A stretch of 63,882 nt of DNA, the filler included, from Barthelona sp. PAP020 (Eukaryota), in NCBI GenBank assembly GCA_040182905.1. It is 9 parts of 9 records of this genome, joined end to end, with 100 filler letters (N's around TTAATTAATTAA, not from the genome) between each part and the next. Parts side by side here need not be neighbours in the genome. Positions count along the whole stretch, not along the records: positions 7,143 to 14,180 come from JARQWU010000514.1; positions 14,281 to 21,307 come from JARQWU010000515.1; positions 21,408 to 28,428 come from JARQWU010000516.1; 6 more parts are not named here. One strand, given 5' to 3'. Positions 12,087-24,981 of this stretch are shown here, in pieces; the first letter of the stretch is position 1, and every line of letters begins with the position of its first letter. Under the pieces are notes generated by a model. It saw only the letters and a program-made list of their open reading frames with translations. It did no database searches and was not told the DNA's origin. The position numbers and the translations under genes are program-made.

Positions 12087-12357
12087 TGATAAATTATAAT
12101 TGTTTAAATAAAAAAAAATGAGTGTTTTAGTTGGTATTTTTTTCTTTGTTTCAACACAAAGAAAGTATCTCATTTTGTGTTCTAAATTTTCAAATCTTAA
12201 GAAACTCAAATCTCTTCCACAAAAATATAAATTGCTCTTATTTCTAAAAGAGAATGAACACTGTATTGATGGCTTTGTTATTTGAAGAGTTTAACAAAGT
12301 TGACAAAGGTTCGACTGTGAAAGAAATTCAATTCAATTCTTTTTTTTTTTAATTTGA

Positions 12358-13869
12358 ATGCCCAGCAATTCTTATATTGATTATCAAGACTTTGAAACTC
12401 AAAGATCACTTAGCTCTGAATTTCAGCAACTATGCATGAGTGGATTGAAAGCTTCTAAAACTGATCAAACCAAAGCAAAGGAAGATCTTTCATCAGCTAT
12501 TCGAATGATAAGTCCTTTACTTTCTGAAAGTGTCAATTTTTATGATGAAGTTCAAAGAAAAACACTTCTTAGAGTTTTAGATATGGCTCAAGACACTTTA
12601 GAACGACTGGAAGAATCTAATAGACCCACGATTAGTTCTTTAACTGAGTTACCTTCGATTAAAAGAGAAGAAGTCATGCCTGAAAAATACCAACCCAATA
12701 ATTCTTTAATTGGACGTGGGTATGGCAGTGGAAATTATACCCCTCAAAAAAGGAACATTTCAAATAATAATAGTAATCCTTATGGAAATTCTTCTGGAAA
12801 TAGTTCTAAAAGAACAATAAATAATTCTTCACATCGTAGAAATGATTCTAACAGTAATACTGGAAAAGATTATGATCATCTTGGTAGACCTATTAAAAAA
12901 GAGACAAAACTTGAGGACATGAGTCGAGAAGAACGTGTTGATATGTTACTTAAAGGAGAAATTCCCGAAGAACTAAAAGTTTTGGGAGAAGACCTTATTA
13001 CTGAACTGGTTGGTTCAATTGTTCCTTCTGCTGAGCAAGCTTCTTTTGGATTTGATGATATTAAGGGTTTAAACGCAACTAAAAGTATTTTGCAAGAATC
13101 TGTCGTTTTACCTTTGGTACGTCCTGATTTATTTCAAGATTTGTTGAGAGCTCCAAAAGGCATTTTATTGTTTGGACCTCCGGGAACTGGTAAAACTATG
13201 CTTGCTAGGGCTGTTTGTTCAGAATTGGATGTTACATTCTTTACAATTTCAGCTGCAAATATTGTATCCAAGTTTATTGGTGAATCTGCAAGATTAGTTC
13301 GTGTACTTTTCGCTTTGGCACGATTTGTTGCCCCTTCTGTAATATTTATGGATGAACTTGACTCTGCGTTAGGTGTTAGAACTAGTGGTGATAAAAATAT
13401 TATGATGAAAACCGAATTTTTAGTTCAAATTGATGGTTTGGTCAAGAGTGAAAAACAATTATTAGTTATTGGAGCTACCAATTGTCCAGAAGTATTGGAC
13501 CCTGCAGTTATTAGACGTTTTGAAGTGAGAGTTTTGATTCCTCTTCCTGATGTTGAAGCTAGGAAAGCTATATTTAAAGGGTTATTGAATTCTAGAGCTA
13601 ATTTATCAGAATATGATTACAACGTTTTGGCTCAACAAACAGAAGGATATTCTGGTTCAGATATTTCGGCCATTTGTCGAAACGCTGTTTGGATTCCTAT
13701 GAGAGAATTAAGCGCCGAGGCTTTAAGAAATATCGCACCTGAAGATATTCGTAAAATTAACACAGATGATATTATGCATTCAATGAGAAGTACTCCACCT
13801 AGTGTTTCACAAGATCAAGTCAAAGAACTTAATGAATGGAATAATGAATTTGGTACTAGATTGGCTTAA
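12358..13869 (+). CDS. Microtubule-severing-clade AAA ATPase (fidgetin-like/spastin/katanin)
   Basis: FDDIKGL, RPDLF, KGILLFGPPGTGKT, IFMDELDS, KTEFLVQIDG, IGATN, RRF, TEGYSGSDI, WNNEFG; possible N-terminal MIT-like helices. Confidence 0.92.
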   Translation: MPSNSYIDYQDFETQRSLSSEFQQLCMSGLKASKTDQTKAKEDLSSAIRMISPLLSESVNFYDEVQRKTLLRVLDMAQDTLERLEESNRPTISSLTELPSIKREEVMPEKYQPNNSLIGRGYGSGNYTPQKRNISNNNSNPYGNSSGNSSKRTINNSSHRRNDSNSNTGKDYDHLGRPIKKETKLEDMSREERVDMLLKGEIPEELKVLGEDLITELVGSIVPSAEQASFGFDDIKGLNATKSILQESVVLPLVRPDLFQDLLRAPKGILLFGPPGTGKTMLARAVCSELDVTFFTISAANIVSKFIGESARLVRVLFALARFVAPSVIFMDELDSALGVRTSGDKNIMMKTEFLVQIDGLVKSEKQLLVIGATNCPEVLDPAVIRRFEVRVLIPLPDVEARKAIFKGLLNSRANLSEYDYNVLAQQTEGYSGSDISAICRNAVWIPMRELSAEALRNIAPEDIRKINTDDIMHSMRSTPPSVSQDQVKELNEWNNEFGTRLA

Positions 13870-14118
13870 AGAAAAATTCATTTTTACTGTACATTTTATC
13901 ATTTTAAATTTTTTTTCATAATTATTTATAAATGCTGAAAAACCCACAAATTATCAAAATTGGTTTTTTTTTTTTTTTTTTTGTTTTTTTGTGAACGTGT
14001 TTGATTCAGAAAAATGATGAAAACGAAAATTCACAAAAAATTTGAATAAAAAAAATAGTCTGTAAGAATATAAACTGTATTTATCTCTTTATCAACTAAA
14101 TTTCCGGTGAATACTGTT

Positions 14119-14180
14119 TCAGTCGGACTTTTTCTTTTTGTCCTTCTTGTCCTTTTTGTCTTTTTTTTCTTTTTTCTCAG
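14119..14180 (-). CDS. C-terminal KKD/KKE tail of a truncated gene (Nop56/Nop58/Cbf5-like tail)
   Basis: Reads EKKEKKDKKDKKDKKKKSD-stop from the contig edge. Confidence 0.45.
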
Positions 14181-14280
14181 NNNNNNNNNNNNNNNNNNNN
14201 NNNNNNNNNNNNNNNNNNNNNNNNTTAATTAATTAANNNNNNNNNNNNNNNNNNNNNNNNNNNNNNNNNNNNNNNNNNNN

Positions 14281-17200
14281 CGAACTTACTGTCAGCAATG
14301 TTAACCGAACCACAAGTTGCAATGACGCCTCCATACTTCGCGGATTTACAATTTTTAAATGTCGAATTCACAATATTGATGGTTGGTAAATTCTTTACAA
14401 AAGCTGTACCAACAATTGGTGCCAAACTGGCATTTATCTTTACAAATTCAACATTGTTAAACAAGAGATCTCCTCCACTGATAAGCAAACCTTCGGATGA
14501 AGTTTTGATATCCTTCAAAATTGAATCATTAAATGCCACAGAAGTATTATAGGCAACTAAAACATGATTATTTTCAATTGAATCAATTAGACAATCGTTA
14601 AATACAACATTGCTATGTTTACTTATCATCATAGCATTAGAAATATCCATGTTTGTCAAAGACCAATTATTCAGAGTGAGCGTAGAATGTAATGCTCTAA
14701 AAATATCACTTTCTGTCACAGTTTCACCATCAACAGATACGTTTGAAATAATCAAGTTACTGTCATCACTGACAATCATATTTGAAAAGCTTGAAAGAGC
14801 TCCAGAACTTTCAAAATGTATTAATACATTTGAACTTTGAGAGTAAAGGAAAGAATCTATATTCAATTCAGCTAAAATAACATTTTTCAAAGAAACATCA
14901 GAATGCTCGACAAGGAAACCAATCAACTCACTGTTATCACAATTGCTCATTTGAACTTCATTGATAATTAAATCGGTTGAATGAGCATAGAAAAGACCAA
15001 GTCCTGAACTTGTCAATTCACTGAAATTTAACTTATCAATGTATAATTCAGATCTTTGAGTTCTTATTGCGTTTCTAAATGAGGATTTATTGATATTCAA
15101 GGAAGTGATATTTACAATTGAAGAATCAATCTTTATAGCTTGACTGGAATAAGGAGAACCATTCTCAATAGTGATGTTTGCTAAATTGATGGTGGAACCC
15201 CTTATCTCAATGCAGTTCTTACAATTGGTCAAAGTAATTCCAGAAAGACTTACTTCTTTACTCATTCCAATACTATATATCATAACTGGACGAACATATT
15301 TATCACAATCAATAACAACACCTTCATCTGCTGTAATACTTATGTCATTATGGATTAATTTGATAGGAAGAATACTGTTGGAGTATTCACCAGACAACAT
15401 GTGAATGCTACCATGTTTATTTACACGTTCCTTTATTACATAGTCAAATGTTTTACAAGGACTCTTTTTACCACCACAACAAGGGTTGTCATGTCCTTCA
15501 ACTCCAATATATGCAAGTGGTCCAACATTTGCGTTGATGCCACTGCCTAATTGAGCAAAATACTTATTTTCATCGTATAAAATAAAGAACAGAGCATCAC
15601 ATTCAAATTCAGTATCATTAAAAGTTCCACTCTTTGTACCATATTCAATCAATGTCCAAGCAGTTCCTTCTTCCATTTCATCAGGAATAGTAAACTGCAT
15701 TTCGTAATTTCCATCCAAATGAGCATGAGAATTAACCTTAAATGAAGAATAATCACTGATATTGTTGAAATATGACCACATCAAAGAAGTATTCGTAAGA
15801 TATAGTTCATCAATTGTGATTATGCCTGAAGTATAAATTTCCGATTTAGAAATAAGCTTTCCTAAGAAAGTACCATTACCTCTCAGAATGTGGCTTTCTT
15901 CTAAAATAAAATCATCAATAGCTCCAAAGGAACCATTTTTCAAAATGATGTCTTGTCCAACTGACATGTTGGCGATAGCCAATGAACCATCATAAGCATA
16001 AACACTTTCTTTGACAACAACAGTGCATTCCAAAGTGCTTATACCACCTCGAACATTCAATTCATCAATAATTAAGATTGAGTCATCATCACATTTGATA
16101 TTGGTGTTGGCATCCCAATTGTTTGATTTCAAAGTGAGAGTGGAATTTAATAACTGTGGTGTTGATGATTCAGAAATCAAATTAACCACATTCACTTCGG
16201 AATTTTTGACAGTCGCATCATTAACGAAAGTCAAATTTTCCGCAACAATGTTGTTTCCTTCAATTAAACCACCATTCAAATTGAGATTTGTTGAGTTTAC
16301 TTTTGTTAAATCAACATTTCCATCATTCAAAATGAACACCTCACTGTTCATGTCTCCTTGGACAATCAAATTTCCATGATTGACTTCAACTGAAGTAAAA
16401 TGAAGACTTTCCACAGCAACGTCAAAAGTACCATTGTTGAGAATCAAAATAGTGCGATCAAAAACAACATTGGGTGAGTTCATGACAACATTGCCATCAT
16501 TCATGACAATAACTGAATCAGACAAGTCAATGGTTGAATCATTCATGAATTCAACAGTACCATCATTCATTATCCATTTTTCAAAAGAAACATCAGCATT
16601 GTTGATAATTGCGAAATAACCACTTTCTTGATCTATTGATAATTCATCTATATTGCTATCAACAATGACATTGCCTCCATTATTGGTAATATTCATTGTT
16701 TTGACATTAGTTGTAACATTAACATTACCATTTTCTTGTACATTCAAGTTAATCAATTGATCATGAACAGTGGGTTTGATTTCAGCATTACCTTCAACAT
16801 TCAAAAAAATAATTCCATCACTGGTACCATTGAACACATGATCACCATCCAAAAGATTGATGGAGGAACTACCAGCAATATTAAATAAACTGGAGGAATT
16901 GTACAATTCAAAAATGCCATCAACATTTGTTAAACCATCAGAATTGAAAGTTCCGTTAGAGAACAATTTACTTCCTTCTTCAACAAAAACTGTTCCAGAT
17001 CCATTCACGTCTACTGTTCCATCGAGAAGATGGATGTCACCATTTTCAGTCACATAGATATCCTTACTGTTTGAAACGTTGCAATAATAGAAATAGGAAT
17101 TTGATTTAGAAGCAACATTTCCTTCATTAATCAAATCAGTATTGTATACATTGCAATCAACAGTGGTTAATGAACCTTCAGATTTGACAATAATCTTGGA

Positions 17201-20200
17201 ATTGACAGATTTGACAACAACATTATCAAATGTCACATTTGAATACATATCAATAGTTGAATCAAAACAATTGAGATTGTCATTGATCATGGAAGCAGAT
17301 TCGCGGAATTCAACTTTGGAATTGTTTAATAAATTGTCACCGTTGAGAGAAATATTCGAACCAACAATGAGTAAATCAGTGGTTTCAATATTCTTCAAAG
17401 TTGAATTTTCAATAATCAATGTTCCATTGCATAACTCGGAGTCATCAATGTTGACATCATAAAAATGCCCTTTGTTCTTAAAATCAATTGAAGATTGAAC
17501 AATGTTCATTTCACTTAAACGAATATCATCAATTATTGAAATATTTGATTGAATAATTGTGGAGTCATTCAAACTCATTGAAAAACTAGCATCAATATCC
17601 CAATCACATTTTCTGATTGTTACCTGTTCACCAATAAATTCTGAATTCTCACTATCTTTTGAAATGGAAACATTTTCAAGTTGCAAAGATTTTGCCTCAA
17701 TTTTTGAACCATTTAGATTGATCAATGAATCAATTACATTGCTATGTTGAATATTCATTTGAGAATTGTTGAAGCTCAAAGAAGTATCGTCTGCATTAAA
17801 TTGGACAGAACCGATGGAATCACAAGTGCTGAACTTTCCACCTGTAATATTCAAAGAACTGTTAAATGTTACATTAATGGCTGTGAAATTAACATTTTCA
17901 AGTATCAAAGCAACATCCCTATCAATGGAACCACTTACATTTGCATTGATTTCACTCAAAATGAAAGTATTGGTACCACCAATTTCGGAATTTATTGTTG
18001 TGTTGAATCCACCAACTATTTCCATTTCACCAGAACTTTGACCATCAATGGATCCATTATTACTTAAACTGTTGACAATTAAACGTCCCTTAAAAATGTT
18101 CAATTCATTGTTATTCACCAACTCAACACTTAAGTTAAATTCAGTGCCACTTTCTTTAACAATTGTACCATAATTAATCAGTTTAGGCATACATTCAGGT
18201 TCAGAAACAATGGAACCACTCTTTAAGCTCAATACAGATCCTTCAGGAATAATCATTTCGGTTCCACAACCCATTTCTAATGTAATATCTTCAAGTATCA
18301 ACTCACACCTTGTGATAAAAGTGTGAGGTTCAATAATACTAACCCTTTGACTGTACACTGCGGAACATACGGAAGTGGTGCCATCTAAAGACACGTTGGA
18401 ATTACGGAAATATCCATAATCTCCCCATAACAAACCATTATGTTGTAAAGATGAACTGTTGACGTATATATTAGTCGTGTTAAATTCACCCAAACCATCT
18501 TTTAACAAAGTAAGAGAACTGTTGTCAAAAATTTTCATTGTATTGGTTACATTGAAATAACTTAACATGCTGAAATTAACAATGGTATTTTGTTGAACAA
18601 GAACATCATCCACTTCAATGTTCAAAGAATCTGACGATAAATCTACCAAAGAATCTTCAATCGATATGTATGAACCATTGATCCATGTACGATTGGAGTT
18701 GACATTGAAAAGAGTTCTTGCTAACTGCACATCACCAAATATACCTTCTAAATAACTGATTTCGATGTTACAATCATGTAAATTAACATTATTAACATTC
18801 AAATAGGGTTTATTGCCAATGATTTTTCCAAAACCGTCTAAAGTATTGATTGTATTCGCAGATTCTCTTACTTCAAGGATTCCATTGATTAAATGCGTTT
18901 CATTGACATATGAATCACTGCTTTCAATGTTCATTACACCTTTCACGTTGAGAACTCCTTCTAAATTGAGCAGTGAGTTCTTGATATCAACAAAACCTGT
19001 TGATTCAATGTTAATCTGACTCAATTTATCTCCTTGGATTTCACTATTTGTGGTATCCGATTCAATAGTTTTGAATACATTCAAAATTCCATTATCTTTC
19101 ACAATGATTGTTTTGTCATTCTTCAAGGTGTATTTGACATTTAACGTATCCAATACAGAGATTGTCTTTTTGTTAGTCAATGGAACTTCAAGATTCAAAG
19201 TTCCTTGTTTGATTTCAATCATTCCTAAATTGTAGACGAATGGACTATTCACTACTTCTGTCGTGTTATAAATCAGAACGTCACAATCAGTAATCATATT
19301 CACATTTTCACTTATAAATATTTGAGATCCATCTTCAATACCAATGTTGACAATGTAATCTGTGGGAGATTTGATATAAATTTTGTAATTGACAACAACA
19401 GTGCAGAGATTTTTAATGATGAATTCATCAAAAATGTTAGCTGTAACAAAGGACACAATACCTTCTCCACTCAAAACAGACTTTTTGTACATATCAAACA
19501 AATGAATATGTATGTTGTTGGTGGATTTCAATTCAGAATTGTCTGAAGAAATATAAGAGAAATTAGCATCTTGTTTTCCCAAATGAATGTAACTGTCTTT
19601 TAACACAAGTTCTAAAGTTCCTTTAATTACATCATCGCTAAACATGCAATTAGAATTGTCCAACAAATATTTGCTGAGTGAATTGTCAACTCGATCGCTA
19701 TCAATGACAACAACAGTGTTAGTGAAAGTTATTGTAGCATTATTAGAAACTTCACCACCACCAACAGTAAATTTAGAATCAACAAATGTGTGATTGGCAG
19801 TGCTAATATTTAAATTAGTTGCATTAATAGTAACGTTACTCAATTCAACCTTTGAACTCAACCATTGATGAATTATACTGTTGGAAACATTCATTTCAGT
19901 ATCATAGACAATCAAATGCCATTTTCCAATATCAAAACTGTCTAAATTGAACAAATTATAAATTTCACAAATAAATTCATTGACTTTGCCTTCTGCAAAA
20001 GTAACATCTCCTTCATAATGAATCAAATGAACAGTTGTTAAATCACCATCAACAAATACTTTTGCATCAACACTATTCGTTTCAACAGTCAATACATCGG
20101 AAAGAACAGAATCATGCAAAACAATTCTGTCTCTGGCAACAATTCTATCAAATGAATTAACATGGCGTTCGATATTCAAAAGATTCTCATTGTACCACTT

Positions 20201-21307
20201 ATCATATGCTTCAATACGGTTACACGAATACAACTTTATCCTTTGAGTGAAGGGCTTTTCAACGATAAACAATCCATTATTAACAATATAACTGTCTTCA
20301 TCACCTGTAACAGTAGAAACATCACTGACAACAATTCTTGCATCAGCAAAGACAGTGATATTTGATTTTGTCAAGGTAAGATCAGTGTTGTTCAAATAGA
20401 AACCTCCTTCTACGATCTTTCCATCAATTAAATTGAAATTAATGGTATCTGTAACAGATACATTATTGAAATTAATAATTTGCAATGAATTGTCAAAGGA
20501 CGATACATCCCAATTACTGGCATTGGTTTTTATCATGTAAATGGGATTTCCAACAAGCCATTTTGAATTACGAATGTTTGCAACATTGATGTAAAGTTCT
20601 GTTCCATCAACAGCTTCAAAATCAGAATCAATCAATTCTAAATTATTGACATTTATTTGATCATAAGAATCTGATCTGAAAATAACCTTTGAATTGTTGA
20701 TGAATTTTAAATTCAATTCACTCAAATCTGCATAAACTGAATCATCAAAAATAACAGTGGAGTTGTTTCCTTCAATGGTGTTTATGTTGTCCAATAAATC
20801 ATTGTCTTTCAGTTCAATAGTTGTTTCTCTCAAGCTAAGTCTTTCAATTGCAGGTAAATGGCTAAAGTTAATATTACCATTACTGCGCCTAAGTTCAATA
20901 GCTGTGATATTGTCAATTGTATCATTGTTCATATTGAAATTGAAATATTTGACATATGCATCACAAACCACATTCATTGTCTTTATTGTTGCATTGTTTA
21001 TGGACAAAGAAACATTACGTTTGTTGGTTAAATACTTGATGTCCAACTTTTCAACATTACAATCTTCAATTGTGGCTTTATCAAACAGTATAAGTTCCAA
21101 ATAATTTGTGGGGCCAGTATGAATTAAAGAACCATTGTCAATTGTGACACTTCCATTGAAATTACCATGTGCTTCAAACAGTGCGGTTTCATCAATCAAT
21201 TGGAAATTACCATTGAATACACTTCCCACATTAAATATAACATCACCTTTGCTTCTCGTTAATCCACTGGAGTACCATTCACCATCATGGGTTACGTTAC
21301 CAACATC
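14281..21307 (-). CDS. Giant adhesin-like / right-handed beta-helix surface protein (internal fragment, >2340 aa)
   Basis: Whole contig is one open frame; N/I/S/D/V/G-rich beta-repeat composition; GHDNPCCG..SPCKT motif; Pmp-like FKNCKSAKYGGVI. Confidence 0.8.
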
Positions 21308-21407
21308 NNNNNNNNNNNNNNNNNNNNNNNNNNNNNNNNNNNNNNNNNNNNTTAATTAATTAANNNNNNNNNNNNNNNNNNNNNNNNNNNNNNNNNNNNN
21401 NNNNNNN

Positions 21408-21560
21408 AAGTTTTTCAACAGATCAATCGGGCCTCGAAAGCCTTTAACCAAATAAACACTATTCTTTCTTATTCACTCATACGCACAGTGCTTCTTGGCT
21501 TGGAAATAATGTGGAAGTTCATGCTCAATGAACTTCCACATCTTTTCCTTCTTCTCTTTT
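21408..21560 (-). pseudogene. Decayed copy of a multicopy gene/repeat family
   Basis: Minus frame reads KMWKFIEHELPHYFQAKKHCAYE*IRKNSVYLVKGFRGPIDLLKN; nucleotide matches to 57383-57690 and 58080-58170. Confidence 0.65.
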
Positions 21561-21732
21561 CATATATAATCGTTTGCCAAAGTTTTTCATTGTTTTAATT
21601 CCTGATACATAAAAATGTCTGACATAAAAACAATAAAACCATTAAACAAATAAAAATTCCTTGAATATCAAACTTTTAATTTTTTAATTTTTTTTTAATT
21701 TTTTTTTTTTTTTTAAAAAAAAAACTTTACAA

Positions 21733-23139
21733 TCACGCTTTATTTAAAAAGAATTCTATTTTATCTTCTTCAATAATATCTGGATCAGGATGAAATAAGT
21801 TTTTATCATGATATTTTATCAAATCGAAAAATCCTTTTGGAGATAACACATTTCTTGCTTTGTCTATTTCAATAGCTTTTTCAATGGAATCAACTTGTAA
21901 ATCGCCCAAAATAACTTGCATCAAACTGTTATCTCTCAGTTTATTGAGATATTTCAATAAGTCTTCCAAACCTTTCAATCGTTTTGTAAATGGGGATACT
22001 TTTCTTTCTTCAACAATAACTTCATTCCCCATATTACAAACTTTGACAAGAAACTCATAAAGAGTGGCAGCAATAATAGGAATCGAAATATCAAATACAT
22101 CCACAGATCGAGGAAATGTAAAAGGCTGAGCTTTGTGAGAAAAAGTCATTATATCGATCTTAGTCTCGGGTGTGACAACTAAAATAGCACCATCATTTGG
22201 ATAAATTCCAGCAAAATTAGGAGCAGACGATATGGAAATCGTGACAGGGCATTGTGTGAACATATGCTTTCTTCCAAATTCATAACCTTCAAAAAAAACA
22301 TCATTGGAACGAATAATGCTTAACAAGCCATTTGCTTCTAAAAATTGACAAGCAGCATAATAGCCAAAAGAATATGAGCATCCTCTACTTCTGTTATGCA
22401 ACCATGTCTTATGTTTCATTGAAGGAGATGACCACAATAAATCGAAGATAATCTCCCCTTTTTCAGGTTCTTTAACTCGATTAATAGGCAACAATTCCCT
22501 GATGAATTCCAAATCAGGGGATAAACCCCCATGAACACAAAAGTACCTCTTGTTTATTATCGCACAGAGAGGCAGAAAATTAAACACCTCCAAGAACTTT
22601 CCATAGATGTCTTTATCATATTTGCTAAGACATTCAGTTTTAAATCCTCGGACTTCACACAAAACCTGAGTTTCATGATTTCCTCGCAATAAAAAAATAT
22701 CGTTTGGAAAGTTTAACTTCAAACTCAATAAATATAAAAACACTTCGGTTGAATAAGATCCTCTGTTCACATAATTCCCCAAAAACAAATACTTATTGTG
22801 AGTTGAAGGCAAACCATTAAGTTCAAAAATATTCAATAGATCCATAAATTGACCATGAATATCACCTACTACATTTACTGTACAATTGTTAAAACCAATA
22901 ACATTGGGTTCTTTACCAAAATTTTCCAAAGCAGAATCTAATAGACTCAAAATATCAATAGGAAGCAATCTTGACCCACCAATAAATGCTTGTTTTAGAT
23001 TTCCCAAATCAATATTCGTACGATTGGGATAATCAATCCACAACGATCTTGAATTTGCTCGATAAGTGGCAAAAACTTGTGAAGTGGTACTTTCGATGTC
23101 TTTTTCTTTCTTAGTTCGATTAATTTTTCCACTTTTCAT
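21733..23139 (-). CDS. Calcineurin A (PP2B)-like PPP phosphatase, probably catalytically impaired
   Basis: VGDIHGQ, FLGNYVNRG, LRGNHE, CVHGGLSP, DLLWSSP, NRSRGCSY, IIRSND, SAPNF, PP2B-like DVFDISIP. Confidence 0.85.
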   Translation of the reverse strand: MKSGKINRTKKEKDIESTTSQVFATYRANSRSLWIDYPNRTNIDLGNLKQAFIGGSRLLPIDILSLLDSALENFGKEPNVIGFNNCTVNVVGDIHGQFMDLLNIFELNGLPSTHNKYLFLGNYVNRGSYSTEVFLYLLSLKLNFPNDIFLLRGNHETQVLCEVRGFKTECLSKYDKDIYGKFLEVFNFLPLCAIINKRYFCVHGGLSPDLEFIRELLPINRVKEPEKGEIIFDLLWSSPSMKHKTWLHNRSRGCSYSFGYYAACQFLEANGLLSIIRSNDVFFEGYEFGRKHMFTQCPVTISISSAPNFAGIYPNDGAILVVTPETKIDIMTFSHKAQPFTFPRSVDVFDISIPIIAATLYEFLVKVCNMGNEVIVEERKVSPFTKRLKGLEDLLKYLNKLRDNSLMQVILGDLQVDSIEKAIEIDKARNVLSPKGFFDLIKYHDKNLFHPDPDIIEEDKIEFFLNKA

Positions 23140-23322
23140 TAAAAATAATTCACATCATTGAGAAAAAAAAAAAAAAATTTGAAAAAAGGATTCCATTTGT
23201 CTTAAAAACCAACAATAATAATAATAAAGAACATATTTTATGCCATATTCAAAAACAATAATTGAAATGTTTGTGTCTTTCTTTGAAGAATGAGTTTCAA
23301 CTTTTTTTTTTGAAAAAATTCA

Positions 23323-23652
23323 ATGAGATTTTGTCCACATTGCGGTGGAGTATTATTAATTAAGCTTGTAGGCTCGGGAAGTTACAATTTTACTTGTTCA
23401 AGTTGTATGTTTTCTTCACCTGTTGGTAATCTGGAACAAAGGCAAAAATTGACCCTTAAAGAAGTTGATGATGTGTTGGGTGGTGAAGATGCTTGGAAAA
23501 ATGTGGATGCAACAGAAATCGAATGTCCCAAATGCGGAAATAATCGTGCATTTTACATGCAAATTCAAATTCGTTCAGCTGATGAACCAATGACTACTTT
23601 TTACAAATGTTGCAAGCATGAATGTGGATATCAATGGCGTAGTGACTCCTAA
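23323..23652 (+). CDS. RPC11: RNA polymerase III subunit C11
   Basis: FCPHCG N-terminal ribbon; KEVDDVLGGEDAWKNVD; CPKC..AFYMQIQIRSADEPMTTFYKC. Confidence 0.95.
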   Translation: MRFCPHCGGVLLIKLVGSGSYNFTCSSCMFSSPVGNLEQRQKLTLKEVDDVLGGEDAWKNVDATEIECPKCGNNRAFYMQIQIRSADEPMTTFYKCCKHECGYQWRSDS

Positions 23653-23972
23653 GAATTAGTTACTTCAGGATTATTTGTTGTTTTTGTGGCTCTTTTTTTG
23701 GTGATTTTTTTTTTTGTTTGTGAATTTGTAGGATCATTTTTTTTTTTACTTCATTTAATAATTTTTTGTCATTTTATTTTCATAAATCTACTCTTTTTTT
23801 CTTCAGTTTAGATTAATATTTTATGGTAACAAAAGAAAAAAGACTGTCATATTCAAAATTTGAAGGAAATAAATTTTGAAACAATTGATACCAATGATAA
23901 TTTGCTTCTTTATCCTGATTTTAAAAAAAAATTGTGATTTTTCAAAAACCTGAACAAATATTTCATTTTTAA

Positions 23973-24641
23973 ATGGGAAAGCGGAAAGTCTTGGCAAAGA
24001 TACCATTTGAATCGGTCAGAAAAGAAATGAGTAATGACAAATGTGCTTATGATACCAATAATTATCCACCTTGTCTTCAAAATTTATTTGCATTTGACGA
24101 GTTTCAAAGTTTATTGCGTGATTTAAGTGATTTGGTTCCTTCCACAGGAACTGGAGCAATGTTTGGAAAAGTAATTGTTTTGATGATAGCAATCTTCTTT
24201 TGTTTTGGGTTAGTTGCTCTTGCGGCTACAACTTTACCTGGTTTATTGTCTGTTGCTGGTTTTGTTGGTGGATTCATTGTTAGTTCTCTCATTATTTTTT
24301 TTCTATTCAGATATTTGTTTTCAACAAGTATTGATGGTCAAATGAAACTGTTTTATGATAGATTAGACCCTGTAAATGAGAGGTTAAGAGAATATAATAT
24401 TGGTTTTTATGTAAAGGGAAGATTCTATGAATCCAGGTCTGTTCGCGGAAAAAAGGGCAGACGCTACAAACAAAAAATTGAACTTTATGATTGGAATATT
24501 GATATTGTGAATGGTCCAGTAGCTAGAAAATTTGAAGAAATTGAAATGATTGACACAAGTGGAAATTCACATTTTGTAACTGCATCAGGTACTATTGATG
24601 AAGATCCTGGCAATAATAGTATTATGATGATTAAACGATAA
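23973..24641 (+). CDS. Membrane protein with two predicted TM helices
   Basis: 222-aa ORF with two adjacent hydrophobic stretches. Confidence 0.7.
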   Translation: MGKRKVLAKIPFESVRKEMSNDKCAYDTNNYPPCLQNLFAFDEFQSLLRDLSDLVPSTGTGAMFGKVIVLMIAIFFCFGLVALAATTLPGLLSVAGFVGGFIVSSLIIFFLFRYLFSTSIDGQMKLFYDRLDPVNERLREYNIGFYVKGRFYESRSVRGKKGRRYKQKIELYDWNIDIVNGPVARKFEEIEMIDTSGNSHFVTASGTIDEDPGNNSIMMIKR

Positions 24642-24981
24642 ATGTTATGTGTTTAAACTTTTTTTTTCTCTTTTTCAAATGAATCCTCATTAAAAAAGAA
24701 AACAAATAAAATTTTTGCAGATAAAAAAAAGTATATTGAAAATCATGGTTTATTTCACAATAAATGAGATAATAAACGTTGAAGAAAATGTTTTTGGAAT
24801 TTTTGTTGATGCAATATATAGATTATGTGGGAAGCAAGCAATGAACATTCCAACATGATAACAAAAAAATGACATGTATCAATTGACAGAATTTCTAAAA
24901 GCAAAAAGAAACACAATATGAGAAAATGAGATAAATGAAAGAAAAATATTGTAATTTTTTTTGATACTTTATTCATTGAAA

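Noticed and set aside
14298..21359. Many short + strand ORFs opposite long genes (here and across the window)
   Set aside because: Antisense shadows of real ORFs with no motifs.
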